64,000 bases of DNA from a virus. Location of the stretch: positions 18,338 through 82,337 of the IMG/VR virus record IMGVR_UViG_3300028490_000005; one strand, given 5' to 3'. The translations under genes and the position numbers were made by a program. The notes beneath the pieces are model-generated. The model saw only the letters and a list, made by a program, of their open reading frames with translations, was not told the DNA's origin and did no database searches. This document shows positions 10,205-20,308 of the stretch, piece by piece; the first letter of the stretch is position 1, and each line of letters begins with the position of its first letter.

Positions 10205-10611
10205 ATGTGAATTATATTACACAGAAGATTAAAGATTATTTTACAAAAGAAAACGCTACTAAGGTCTTAGAAGTTGGTGTAGACGGAGCGACAGAAGTTG
10301 CCCATGGTTTTCTTAATGGGATTTTAATGAAGATAGTTTTTACGGTATTCGTAATAATTTTACTCATTGGTGGTGGCTGTGTAGGTACAAATATGGCAAT
10401 AGATGCTGTAACAACTAAAGGATAATTATGGAATTCTTAAATGCACATTCATCTACTTGGTGGATTAAAGATATGGCAGTTTCGGAGTTGTTTACACATG
10501 TATATGAACCAATCAACCCTTTCTACCACAACAGTGGGGAAATAGTTCCATCAAACACAAAACGCGTAAATCTTAGAAAGAAACGAAAATTAAAGAATAA
10601 AAGGAAATAAC

Positions 10612-11646
10612 ATGACACCAAAATTAATTAAAATGCCATCAATTGCACAATTCAATCAAGTAATTAAAGATATCCAACATGATGCTAGATATGCTGGTCA
10701 GGACGTAAATGATGAGCCAATATATAACAGAAATGCAAAACTGCCAACGGTTATATTTTTCGGTTCAGTTAAGCTGCATGGAACAAATGCATCAATTTGT
10801 TATGATGGTGAAAACCTTTGGGCACAATCTAAGGGTAGTGTTTTAACCATCGAAAGCGATAATTATGGTTTTGCGTCATTTGTTGAAATGAACAAAGAAT
10901 ATTTGACAAGTGAACTTAAGATTATGCGTGACACATTTAATCTTCAAAAGGTTTGTGTGTATGGTGAGTGGGCTGGTAAGGGTATCCAAAAGGGTGTAGC
11001 AATTTCTGAAATCAATAAAACCTTCTTTGCATTTGGTATTAAATTTCTACGATTAAATTCAGAAGTGTTTGAGTGGGTGCAAAAACCATCAGTTGTCTTA
11101 AAGCACTTCAGTGACGGTAACAGAATTCGCTCAATATTCGAATTTGATACATATTACGTTGAAATTGATATCAATAACCCAAAAGCTATGCAAAACGACA
11201 TGATTAAAATCACTGATGGAATTGATAAAATGTGTCCAGTAGCTCGTGATCTTGGTCATATTGGTCATGGTGAAGGCGTTGTTTGGGTTGGTTGGTATAA
11301 TGACAATAAGTACAACTTTAAGATCAAAGGACTAAGTCATGCAAATTCTAATGTTAAGACACTAAAGCCAGTTGATGAAGAAAAGGAAAATGCTAAAATT
11401 GCTTTCGCTAACTATGCTACACCAGCATGGAGACTAGAGCAAATGTACAAAGAAACATTCGGTGAAGGTCAAGGTGATATCAAGAGAACGGGGGAATTCC
11501 TTAAAGCTGTTGTATCTGATGTTATGAAGGAAGAGCTACTGAATATGTCAGAAGCTAACCTTGAGCCAAAAGAAGTTAATGGTATGATTTCTAAAATTGC
11601 TAGAACTTGGTTCATGGAGCAGTTAGATAGAGAGGTTCTTGGATGA
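10612..11646 (+). CDS. RNA ligase (Rnl2-like nucleotidyltransferase)
   Basis: Motif I KLHGTN, YGEWAG, GEGVVW, FKIKG. Confidence 0.8.
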   Translation: MTPKLIKMPSIAQFNQVIKDIQHDARYAGQDVNDEPIYNRNAKLPTVIFFGSVKLHGTNASICYDGENLWAQSKGSVLTIESDNYGFASFVEMNKEYLTSELKIMRDTFNLQKVCVYGEWAGKGIQKGVAISEINKTFFAFGIKFLRLNSEVFEWVQKPSVVLKHFSDGNRIRSIFEFDTYYVEIDINNPKAMQNDMIKITDGIDKMCPVARDLGHIGHGEGVVWVGWYNDNKYNFKIKGLSHANSNVKTLKPVDEEKENAKIAFANYATPAWRLEQMYKETFGEGQGDIKRTGEFLKAVVSDVMKEELLNMSEANLEPKEVNGMISKIARTWFMEQLDREVLG

Positions 11647-13669
11647 GCCTTGCCCAAACTAGATTAGACATAACTCATAATAGAGTTGTCACTGAAAAAT
11701 ACCAAACGATGTTACGAAAAGCTGATGACTACATACAAGCCCATTTACTTGATATCGATGAGGTTGAAAAGAGAAAAATCCTAGTATGTGATCATATTAG
11801 GAAAACGAGAATAAAATTTGTAAATTGGACAGACGAACAGATATTAGACAGATTTGAGAAACTTAATGAAAAACATGAACGGGAAGAGGAATTAGTATGA
11901 TTAAAATTACGAATAAAGTTAAAAAACACGTGAAAAAGAACCCAACGTCTCAGTATCAGTTAATTGTAACTTTCGACGATGGAGACGATATACTACATAT
12001 GGGTCTAACACCAGAATTGCTAGAAAAATTAACATCAGCTTATGATGCTTTCAGAGAGAGATTAGATGCTGATTGGAATAAATGGTGTAACCCAGAATCT
12101 TATCAAATTAAAGAACTATTTGAAGAATTTGGCGTAATTGAAGAAGATGAGGATGAATATGATTTTCTTGAATTAGAATATTGGTCATGGAGTAATGAAT
12201 ATCCTGACCCTATGGCAAGAGTTGATGGTTATACTATCACGTATTGGGATGAAAATGGTATAGAATGGAATACGGAGGTACAAAAATAATGGACACAAGA
12301 AACGCATTAGGTCAACCAATTAATGTTGGTGACTGGTTAGGGCATTCAAATAGGACGGCTGGGGTTGTAGAGGTTACAACTGGGCAAGTCAAAGAAATTA
12401 ATGACGGTAAAGTTGTATTGGAAAACGTGCATAGAGGGAGAGCTTCTTATGAAGATGTGATCTCACAAATTAAAGTAAAACGCTCAGTTGTTACTCTAGT
12501 TGCGAATTCACTTTTCCCAATACAATCAGTAATTATGTGGGATGGTATTATTCAAGATGTTTAAATTTATTTGTGAGGGTGGACACGTTTATAGTCAAAA
12601 TGATATGGACGAACATTACATTTCACCCACTGCTGTTGGTGAACTTTATGGTATTAGACCAGCTAAGTGTATTTGGAAAAAGAGACATATATACTCAGAA
12701 ACTGGAGCAAGTGAAACAATTTACCTCACGCCAGACAGTAGTGGTAAATATGATTTAGTGGATGAAGTTGTACGCCAAATTAATCAACGTATTATACCGA
12801 AGGTGTTAAATAGACAAATTACATCTATTGAAAACTTCTCATTCTTCCAAAGACTGAAATTCCTATTCACTTCGAGATTAGTTTAATGGATTGCACTGAA
12901 TATAAATTCGACTATTGGAAACGCATAGTCATTAAGGATATCATCGGTGCTGAATATAGATGGTATGTTAATGTAGAAGACGTTTTCCAAGGGGTTGATA
13001 TTAACCGTTGTGACGATTGTTTGGTTGAAGGCTATGTTTCAATCAGTATTGTTTTTAATATGCAAGATATGAGTACACATGAACTTGATTGTACTCTACA
13101 GTCCATGGGATTGAAAAAGTTAAATTTTACGGATTTAGACCTGATGGGTGAACTAATTACCACTGAGAGTGGCTTCTTGTGTGAGCATTGTAATGATATA
13201 TTAGAAGAGTTTGATATATTGGATTTAAGTCAATAATAAGGTTACGACGCTATAATAAGTTATGGATATATTTAAAGAACTGGAACTCGCAGAATCAGAG
13301 TTGAACACATTAGATCACATTGATATTTGGTTTCACCGAACTTTCGGTGGGTTCATTGACTTCTTCAGGTATGATTTACCACAAGGGATTAAAAACTTCT
13401 GGTATTATAGGAAAGTAATATGGAGACACCGTTGGTATGACTATGGTTTTGCCGATGACGTTGTTCGTAGGTTGTATGAAGATAGGTCTGAAAATTGGCA
13501 CAAGAGCCACTATGTAGGATTTGAAAAAGATGCTTTACAACTTGACATAATCGTAGAACTTTTTAAAAGACTAGAAGATGCCGAATTCTTGACAGTAGAA
13601 GATGACCCTGAAGATAAAATCAGAAAAGAAATTTACAGAAGAATAGCGAGGAAACGATATTGGGATTAA
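11643..13669 (+). other. Run of hypothetical genes (11643, 11897 acidic, ~12289, ~12557, 12886, 13262)
   Basis: Tightly packed and overlapping + strand ORFs. Confidence 0.55.
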
Positions 13670-14061
13670 TAGAAAAATTGTTTGATAAATACAATGAGTT
13701 TATAAAATTTGAAACCATTGATATTGAAGATAGGCTCAGACGACACACCGAAATCTTGGGCTTCTATCAATCAACATTTTACACCATGAAACAAAAACAT
13801 ACTAAATATTCATTTGAATTGGATAGACAATGGCAAGAAAAATACCTCTACTATAAAAACGAATTCAATATAGTCTTAAACAACAATGAAATTAAGTCCT
13901 TTATTGAAAAGGACTTAGAATATTTAGAAATTAAGAGAAAACTTCAAGAAGTGACTGACATTTTAGAACAAATAGAATTAATCCTGAAAGGGTTGGATTC
14001 AATGAGATGGACTATAAAATCTATAATTGATTGGGAAAAATTTAAGGCTGGTCAGTTCTAA
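13660..14061 (+). CDS. uvsY: Recombination mediator UvsY-like
   Basis: Helical 133-aa protein ending WTIKSIIDWEKFKAG, typical of the UvsY C-terminus; near uvsW. Confidence 0.72.
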   Translation: MGLIEKLFDKYNEFIKFETIDIEDRLRRHTEILGFYQSTFYTMKQKHTKYSFELDRQWQEKYLYYKNEFNIVLNNNEIKSFIEKDLEYLEIKRKLQEVTDILEQIELILKGLDSMRWTIKSIIDWEKFKAGQF

Positions 14062-14071
14062 TTAAATAACT
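14062..14071 (+). promoter_or_regulatory. T4-like late promoter TTAAATAACT
   Basis: Same 10-mer at 25229, 61298 and 22207-22216 (minus strand); related to the T4 late promoter TATAAATA. Confidence 0.65.
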
Positions 14072-14090
14072 AAAACAACTAGGAGTTTTA

Positions 14091-14330
14091 ATGTTAAAAC
14101 AAATCATAGAAAAAATTACAAATGAAGTTATGTGCCCAGAAGCTAGATCTTTTGCATCTAAATTGGCAAAGAAGAGTGGTATGGTAACTATTAAGTGTAA
14201 AAAGACTGGGGATGAATTTGAAGTTGATTCAGATGCGAGCATTTTAGGTGGTTGGGTTTCAGCCAAAGGCAGTGATGGTAAATCAACTGATATAGATCTT
14301 TGTGGTAATAAAGATTATAAATTCGCATAA
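14091..14330 (+). CDS. Small protein with MLKQIIE leader; putative internal head protein
   Basis: Leader shared with neighbours; late promoter; AGGAG RBS. Confidence 0.55.
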   Translation: MLKQIIEKITNEVMCPEARSFASKLAKKSGMVTIKCKKTGDEFEVDSDASILGGWVSAKGSDGKSTDIDLCGNKDYKFA

Positions 14331-14339
14331 GGTATTGTA

Positions 14340-14600
14340 ATGTTAAAAGAAATCTTAGAAAAATCAAATGAAGTGAAAGATAAGAAAGCTTACGAAAAGA
14401 TTTATAAAGACATCATTGAATACATGGAAGAAGTGATTGCATATAGAGAAAAGATGAAATCTCGTGGTGATAAATTGGATGAATTATATAAAGAACAAAC
14501 TGGGAAGTCTATTTTGTTCCAAAGTCTCTATAATGGTAGTGTTATCACTAAAGATGATATTGATAATTTGAAAAAATTATCTAAGAAGAGGTTATCGTAA
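14340..14600 (+). CDS. Small protein with MLKEILE leader; putative internal head protein
   Basis: Shared leader. Confidence 0.55.
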   Translation: MLKEILEKSNEVKDKKAYEKIYKDIIEYMEEVIAYREKMKSRGDKLDELYKEQTGKSILFQSLYNGSVITKDDIDNLKKLSKKRLS

Positions 14601-14791
14601 TGTTAAGAGAAATAGTAGAAGCCATTTCTTACGGTAACGTTAAGCAAAGACACGGGGCGTATATCTTTCATTTTGATGGAGATACAATTACTATGGTAGA
14701 TAAAGCTGGTAAGGTGATGGGCACTAAAAAATCCCCTTCTTTAGCATCAGTCCATACTAAAGCTATGACAAAAGAATTTGGTGGTAAGTAA
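14600..14791 (+). CDS. Small protein with MLREIVE leader; putative internal head protein
   Basis: Shared leader, TAATG coupling. Confidence 0.55.
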   Translation: MLREIVEAISYGNVKQRHGAYIFHFDGDTITMVDKAGKVMGTKKSPSLASVHTKAMTKEFGGK

Positions 14792-14973
14792 TGTTAAGAG
14801 AAATAGTAGAGGGTGCAGACTGGGGTGAAGATGCTGAATTAACATTTTCAAAAATCATGAAGATAGTTGATGACATTAATTCTAAGATAAGTTCTGCTAA
14901 ATTAGACGCAAGAACTTACCAAACACTAGAAAAAGCTAAACAAGAGCTTGAGAAAGCGTTAAGGAGAATGTAA
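14791..14973 (+). CDS. Small protein with MLREIVE leader; putative internal head protein
   Basis: Shared leader; 5' 20 nt identical to those of 14600. Confidence 0.55.
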   Translation: MLREIVEGADWGEDAELTFSKIMKIVDDINSKISSAKLDARTYQTLEKAKQELEKALRRM

Positions 14974-15272
14974 TGATTAGAGAAATAGTAGAAGGGTTGG
15001 GATTAGCTTCTGGTTCTAATTATTCGTACTTGAGTGGGAATAAAGATAACCGTCCAACTGGGATTTTAGTTCACACAAAAAGTGAGCGTGGTTCAATAAA
15101 GATCGCGTCAGAAGTAGAGAAAAGAGGACTTAAGTCTGAAATTCGTGACGGTAAGAAACAAATTGAAATATACGCAAGTCATTATAGTGATGAGGAAAAA
15201 TCTTATTTATCTAATATCATCGCTGGAGATGAATTAGATAAATTAATTAAAAAGATAGAAATATTAAACTAA
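14973..15272 (+). CDS. Small protein with MIREIVE leader; putative internal head protein
   Basis: Shared leader, TAATG coupling. Confidence 0.55.
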   Translation: MIREIVEGLGLASGSNYSYLSGNKDNRPTGILVHTKSERGSIKIASEVEKRGLKSEIRDGKKQIEIYASHYSDEEKSYLSNIIAGDELDKLIKKIEILN

Positions 15273-15346
15273 AAATTCAAGGAGAATGTAATGAGAGATA
15301 TAGTATTTTGTGGTGAAGAAATCTTAAAAGAAGGAGGAGACGCATA

Positions 15347-15562
15347 ATGTTAAAAGAAATTATAGAAAAAATCGAAGAAAAAGATATGATCAATCTTGGT
15401 GATTTTGAAAACCAAAAACATAAGAAATTGATTGATGAAGATTCAGATTATCAAAAATTCTTTCAGAAAAAGCTTAAGTCTTGGGGTGTAAAATCACCAG
15501 CTGAACTTGATAAAGAAAAGAGAAAGAAATTCTTTACTGAAATCGAAAAGGATTGGAAGTAA
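15347..15562 (+). CDS. Small protein with MLKEIIE leader and YQKFF...GVKSPAEL...KKFF...W motif (head/core-associated type)
   Basis: Shared leader; strong RBS AAGGAGGAG. Confidence 0.55.
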   Translation: MLKEIIEKIEEKDMINLGDFENQKHKKLIDEDSDYQKFFQKKLKSWGVKSPAELDKEKRKKFFTEIEKDWK

Positions 15563-15563
15563 A

Positions 15564-15857
15564 GTGTTAAGAGAAATTTTAGAGGAGCTTGAAATTGATG
15601 AGCTTAAGGGAAATATTGACCCAAAGGCTAAGAAACATGCTAAGATAGTTTCAAAAGCTAGAGCGAAAGTAAAATGCTCCGGAAATAATACTCCCTCTAA
15701 AATTAAAGACACTGGGACATCTGTTCGTTTCAAGTGTACTCCCAAAGACAAAACAAAGGCTAGAAAGATGGTAAAGGTTAGGAAGAAATTCAATAAGACC
15801 TCTGCAGGAAAGAAAGCCGTGAAAGTATCAAAACTTACAAAGAAATTTAGAAAATAG
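15564..15857 (+). CDS. Very basic protein with (M)LREILE leader, possibly prohead core (gp68-like)
   Basis: GTG at 15564 restores the shared leader (the track starts at 15507); Lys/Arg-rich with a Cys pair. Confidence 0.5.
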   Translation: MLREILEELEIDELKGNIDPKAKKHAKIVSKARAKVKCSGNNTPSKIKDTGTSVRFKCTPKDKTKARKMVKVRKKFNKTSAGKKAVKVSKLTKKFRK

Positions 15858-15863
15858 TCCATA

Positions 15864-15923
15864 TTTAAGCAAGGTTTAAGCCAACTTACGGTATAATAGA
15901 GTATAAAGTTTGAAAGGCTTGAT
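15864..15923 (+). promoter_or_regulatory. Early promoter + RBS repeat
   Basis: Near-identical to 7826. Confidence 0.85.
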
Positions 15924-16655
15924 ATGACTATCCAACTACCAAAATTCACATTACTAGAGAAGTTATCTACTTCTGACGCAATATCTTGTTGCGATCGTTG
16001 TGAACGTGAAATCAAAAACTCATACATTATTAGAAATAACGAAGATAACTCTGTACACAACTATGGTTCTGGATGTGCTAAGCACGTTATGGGAATTTCA
16101 ATTACAGAAGTTGTTGAGCAAAATAAAGCTTATGACGAAGACCAAAAAAGAATAGCACGTGAAGCCGATCAAGAAGCTATGGGTAGAACTTACATACAAT
16201 CGTTTAATGAAGCTAATCCTAAAATGCTTAAGTTTATTGCTGAAGGTGCTACTGACAACAATTTCCTTTCTGACATGAAGAAGCGTATAGAGGAAACGGG
16301 TTCATTGACTGATGGGCAGTTTCACGCTGTGTATCGTATGATGTTACCTTTCGCTCAACTTGACGACAAAGTTAAGGACATGAAAGTGTACCCTTCAAAG
16401 ATTAATGCTCAAGAGGGTCAATGGGGTTGGTCTTATACAGTAACATGTATTACTGAAAACGATGAGAAAGTTCGTATATTCTTTTCATCATTGAATTTGG
16501 CTAACGGTGACCTCCTTGAAAAATGTGGTGTGATAGATGGTGATTTATTCCCTTCAAGAATTGACAAAGAAAATCCTATATTGGTTTCTGGTTCATTCGA
16601 TGGGTATAAAATCAAAAGAGCTAAGTTGGCAACTATTAAGCAAGATTTAAACTAA
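15924..16655 (+). CDS. Hypothetical early protein with Zn-binding N-terminus
   Basis: CDRC...YGSGC; preceded by a full promoter repeat. Confidence 0.6.
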   Translation: MTIQLPKFTLLEKLSTSDAISCCDRCEREIKNSYIIRNNEDNSVHNYGSGCAKHVMGISITEVVEQNKAYDEDQKRIAREADQEAMGRTYIQSFNEANPKMLKFIAEGATDNNFLSDMKKRIEETGSLTDGQFHAVYRMMLPFAQLDDKVKDMKVYPSKINAQEGQWGWSYTVTCITENDEKVRIFFSSLNLANGDLLEKCGVIDGDLFPSRIDKENPILVSGSFDGYKIKRAKLATIKQDLN

Positions 16656-17084
16656 CTTAGGGTATAATGAATAAAATTGGTAAGGAATGAAATGATTAAA
16701 TTGATAAAGGCTAAATATTCTGGTCACAGTGTGGTATCTAAATTGGAACTGTTAATTGGAACCGAAGGATTATCGTATTTTAAAGAAGATATAGTTAATT
16801 TCGAAGATTACGACGCCACAAAAACGAATGTCTTGGTATTCGACTATTCACCAATTAAACAAGGTAAAATATTAATTAAAGTACCAAATGGTGTGTGGGA
16901 AGTTTTAAAAATGAATTCTAAGATTTTCAATAGACTTAAAAAATTGGTAGATTATAAAGAACCACATTCTTCTGTAAAAAGTAATTGGTTGAGTTCAATT
17001 CGCTCATCATCAGTCACCGAGTTTTAAGTCAATCTTAAGGTAAATTTAATATAATAGTTCATAAATTAATGAAAGGACTATTAT

Positions 17085-18779
17085 GTGTTAATAAAAGATA
17101 GAGATGAAAGTTACTCGATTTTATCATTCGAAAATCACTCAAACAGTGAAGCTATAGAGCTGAGAGTTAAGCTTATGGATGACTTATCAGTATTTGTTGA
17201 TGGATATAAATTCAGTCCTAAATTCAGAGCTGGTGTGTGGGACGGAAAGAAATACTACTTCAAGATGCAAGTAGATATGTCAATGCAAATACCAAAAGGC
17301 TTGGCGGAAACTATATCGAAACGGTATGCTCAGCACTTAGATGAACCATATGAACCAATCAACAAACCAACACCATACCCAAAGGAAGTTGTCGAAAGTC
17401 ACATAGAATCATTAAAATTACCATTTGAACCATACGATTATCAAATTGATTCGCTCTATGAAGTATTAGAAAATCCTAGAAGGATTTTGGTGGCAGCGAC
17501 TGGTGCGGGTAAATCACTAATAATATACATAATAATGACATTTTTTGAAGCTCAAAATATGAAAGGATTATTGATTGTTCCAAATGTTGGTTTGGCTGAA
17601 CAAATGCGGACGGATTTTATAAGTTATGGAATGAGTGATGAAGAAGTAGATAAACGACTTCATACAATATTCGCTGGTAAAGAAAAAACATTCAGAAAAC
17701 CGATGACAGTAACTACTTGGCAATCAGCCGTCCTTATGGATTCATCACATTTCGATCAATTAAATTATGTGATTGTCGATGAAGCTCACCTAGCAACTGG
17801 GGAAAGTTTACAAAAATTATTAGCAGTGTCAAGGAATTGTACATATAAAATTGGATTAACTGGAACTCTACCAAAAACTTATGAAGGTAGGTTCACACTA
17901 TCAGCTACTCTTGGTAAAAGTGCTAAGATGATTACTCCTCAAGGTTTAATTGAAAGAGGGTTGGCTACACCAGTTACAATCATTACTGCTTATTTGAATT
18001 ACAGTATCGCTGATAAAAAGAAAGTTAAGGTATTAAAAAATTACCAAAAGGAAATAAAATTTCTCGAGGAACATCAAGGTCGTAACGACTTTATTGCCAA
18101 ACTAGCAATTCAAGCAACCAAGAAATATGGAAATACATTGATGATGTATAGTTCAATTCAACATGGAACGAATTTGTTAGGATTTGTCCTTTCCAATAAA
18201 TTCAACATAGACACACCAACAATTCTAGAAAAGGTTACTCCGAAAAGAGTTGCGGAAGCTAAGGAAGCTTGTTCAGACGCCGAAGGATTGTTTGTATTGA
18301 CTAAGCTCACACCAAAGGATATCAAAACTCTGAGTAAATACTATTCAGGCTCCGAAATAACCAATATAAAAGTCCTGAGTGATTATCACATATACTTGAT
18401 AAAAGGAAGTATTGAGGGAGAGGTGAGAAATGAAATCAGGGCATTGTTGGAGAAGGTTGATGATGCTATTTTAATTGGTTCAGCACAAACTGTTTCCACT
18501 GGTATGAATATTAAGAGATTGCACAACATATTCCTGACAAGCAGTACAAAATCATCGATTAGATTGAATCAAACTATTGGACGTGGTATGAGATTACATG
18601 GTGAAAAGAAAATGATGAGATTCTTTGACTTTATTGATGATTTTAGTACAAAGACGAAAAGAGGTAAGGTCACTAACAAAAACTATACTCTGAAACACAG
18701 TTATGAAAGATTGAACGAATACCTGGAACACGGGTATCCAATTAAAGAATTAGAAATAAATATAAAGGAAGACGATTGA
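17085..18779 (+). CDS. uvsW: SF2 DNA helicase UvsW
   Basis: GVWDGK N-terminal motif, ATGAGKS, DEAH, GLTGT, QTIGRGMR. Confidence 0.93.
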   Translation: MLIKDRDESYSILSFENHSNSEAIELRVKLMDDLSVFVDGYKFSPKFRAGVWDGKKYYFKMQVDMSMQIPKGLAETISKRYAQHLDEPYEPINKPTPYPKEVVESHIESLKLPFEPYDYQIDSLYEVLENPRRILVAATGAGKSLIIYIIMTFFEAQNMKGLLIVPNVGLAEQMRTDFISYGMSDEEVDKRLHTIFAGKEKTFRKPMTVTTWQSAVLMDSSHFDQLNYVIVDEAHLATGESLQKLLAVSRNCTYKIGLTGTLPKTYEGRFTLSATLGKSAKMITPQGLIERGLATPVTIITAYLNYSIADKKKVKVLKNYQKEIKFLEEHQGRNDFIAKLAIQATKKYGNTLMMYSSIQHGTNLLGFVLSNKFNIDTPTILEKVTPKRVAEAKEACSDAEGLFVLTKLTPKDIKTLSKYYSGSEITNIKVLSDYHIYLIKGSIEGEVRNEIRALLEKVDDAILIGSAQTVSTGMNIKRLHNIFLTSSTKSSIRLNQTIGRGMRLHGEKKMMRFFDFIDDFSTKTKRGKVTNKNYTLKHSYERLNEYLEHGYPIKELEINIKEDD

Positions 18780-19384
18780 GAATTAAAAAACAACAACGTG
18801 GGCTGATATTGTGGGAAAATAAATATCAACATTATATATGGGAAATTTTAATGAAAGATGAAATTGATTGTGGTTTCTGGTCAAATGCTAAATTCGATAC
18901 ATTCCCATATATGACAGCAAATAGTTTTGTATTTCCTAAAAAACCAGGAATTTCATTCCCACCAAGTATGACCAGCTTCAATTTCATTAGTAAAGTGTTC
19001 ATTGAAGATAAGGGATATTTTGTTGCCATGTTAGTGAAATTAATTGAAAGATATGATCTTTCAATAGAGGACATGAAACGACTATCATTTCATGCAGATT
19101 CTTTTATATCAATAGATTTTATGGATAACAATTCAGACTATCGTAGAGTTCAGGTGTCGTATTTTGACCCCATGGATAGAAACATAACTGATTCACATAG
19201 AGAAATGATGCTCACTGAATACGCTTATTTTAAGAATTTAGGTGTTGATATGAAAGAAGTGGCTGATGTTATTAAACATGAACCATTAACAGTCCTACAA
19301 ACTCGTAAGATTTTATTGAGAATGGGAGAAATCACCAGAAAAAGCGTAGACCTGAATGAAGTGGCTGAATTAAGTCAATCTTAA
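18776..19384 (+). CDS. Hypothetical protein in the replication block
   Basis: ORF coupled to uvsW. Confidence 0.6.
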   Translation: MRIKKQQRGLILWENKYQHYIWEILMKDEIDCGFWSNAKFDTFPYMTANSFVFPKKPGISFPPSMTSFNFISKVFIEDKGYFVAMLVKLIERYDLSIEDMKRLSFHADSFISIDFMDNNSDYRRVQVSYFDPMDRNITDSHREMMLTEYAYFKNLGVDMKEVADVIKHEPLTVLQTRKILLRMGEITRKSVDLNEVAELSQS

Positions 19385-19425
19385 GGTTATAATATTATAA
19401 TAACAAATACAAAAGGAGAAATAAA

Positions 19426-20127
19426 TTGTTAAACACACAAACTAGAAAGGGTCTTAAGACCTTAACAACCGTTGGAAATACTGCTATCGTACGATATCCT
19501 TGGACATCTGTACTACAAAAGAATAAATCATTAATTGCTTTCATTAATATGGAAGAATATGGTGAAGAACCATTTGAGGAATTTGGGTTAGAAAGTATGA
19601 GCGAATTCTTAAGCTTAGTCGACTTCTATAACGACCCTGAAATTTCAGAGGAAGATGGTATTATATCTATCGAATCTGGTAAATATCACCAAAAATATGG
19701 TACTTCTGATTTAGATACTATGAAATCATTTGATGTTAAGATTACTACTCTAGAAAAAATGTCTGCTGCTCCGGAAGTAATTGCATTCGATATATCACAA
19801 GATGAACTTGTTAGATTTAAGAAAATTGCATCTCTTACTAAGGCAACAAACTTAGTTGTTTCTGGTAACACGGAAGGTGAGAGTACGCTTACAATTTGTA
19901 AGTTGGATAGATCTAAGAATATGTCCGATGAGAGTACGTCCGAATTCCCTATGTCAGTATCTAAAAATATTAATATATCATTTGATGTACAAAACTTCAT
20001 GAAATTACCAGATAAAACTTATTCAGTTAGTATCAAACAATCAGAAACTACTGGGAATTGTATATCGATTTGGGAAGTAGATGACGAACCAATTAGTATC
20101 GTCGTAAGCGTTTCGGATGTTTACTAA
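19426..20127 (+). CDS. 45: Sliding clamp gp45-like
   Basis: Size 233 aa, acidic; FGLESMSEFLSLV and NFMKLPDKTYSVSI resemble gp45 patterns; adjacent to gp32. Confidence 0.7.
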   Translation: MLNTQTRKGLKTLTTVGNTAIVRYPWTSVLQKNKSLIAFINMEEYGEEPFEEFGLESMSEFLSLVDFYNDPEISEEDGIISIESGKYHQKYGTSDLDTMKSFDVKITTLEKMSAAPEVIAFDISQDELVRFKKIASLTKATNLVVSGNTEGESTLTICKLDRSKNMSDESTSEFPMSVSKNINISFDVQNFMKLPDKTYSVSIKQSETTGNCISIWEVDDEPISIVVSVSDVY

Positions 20128-20148
20128 ATATTGTTAAATATTTGGTAA

Positions 20149-20170
20149 AAAGACCATTTTTATGGTCTTT
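20149..20170 (+). terminator. Hairpin AAAGACCAT-TTTT-ATGGTCTTT after the clamp gene
   Basis: Perfect 9-bp inverted repeat. Confidence 0.55.
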
Positions 20171-20215
20171 CCACATTAAATAGTAATGTAACTCATAATG
20201 GAGGATATCGAAATG

Positions 20216-20308
20216 TAACGAGAAATACGAAAAAACGAAAAACACGAAAAACGGAAAAGAGTCATACGAAAAATACGAAAAATACGAAAAAATACGGAGA
20301 AACGAAAA
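20216..20308 (+). promoter_or_regulatory. Unstructured A-rich repeat leader of gene 32 (AAATACGAA-like units); probable autogenous translational operator
   Basis: About ten ACG(A/G)-centred A-rich units directly upstream of the gp32 ATG. Confidence 0.6.

Noticed and set aside
20216-20308. Replication origin iterons or mini-CRISPR
   Set aside because: Units are irregular, have no spacers, and sit immediately 5' of gene 32, which fits a translational operator better
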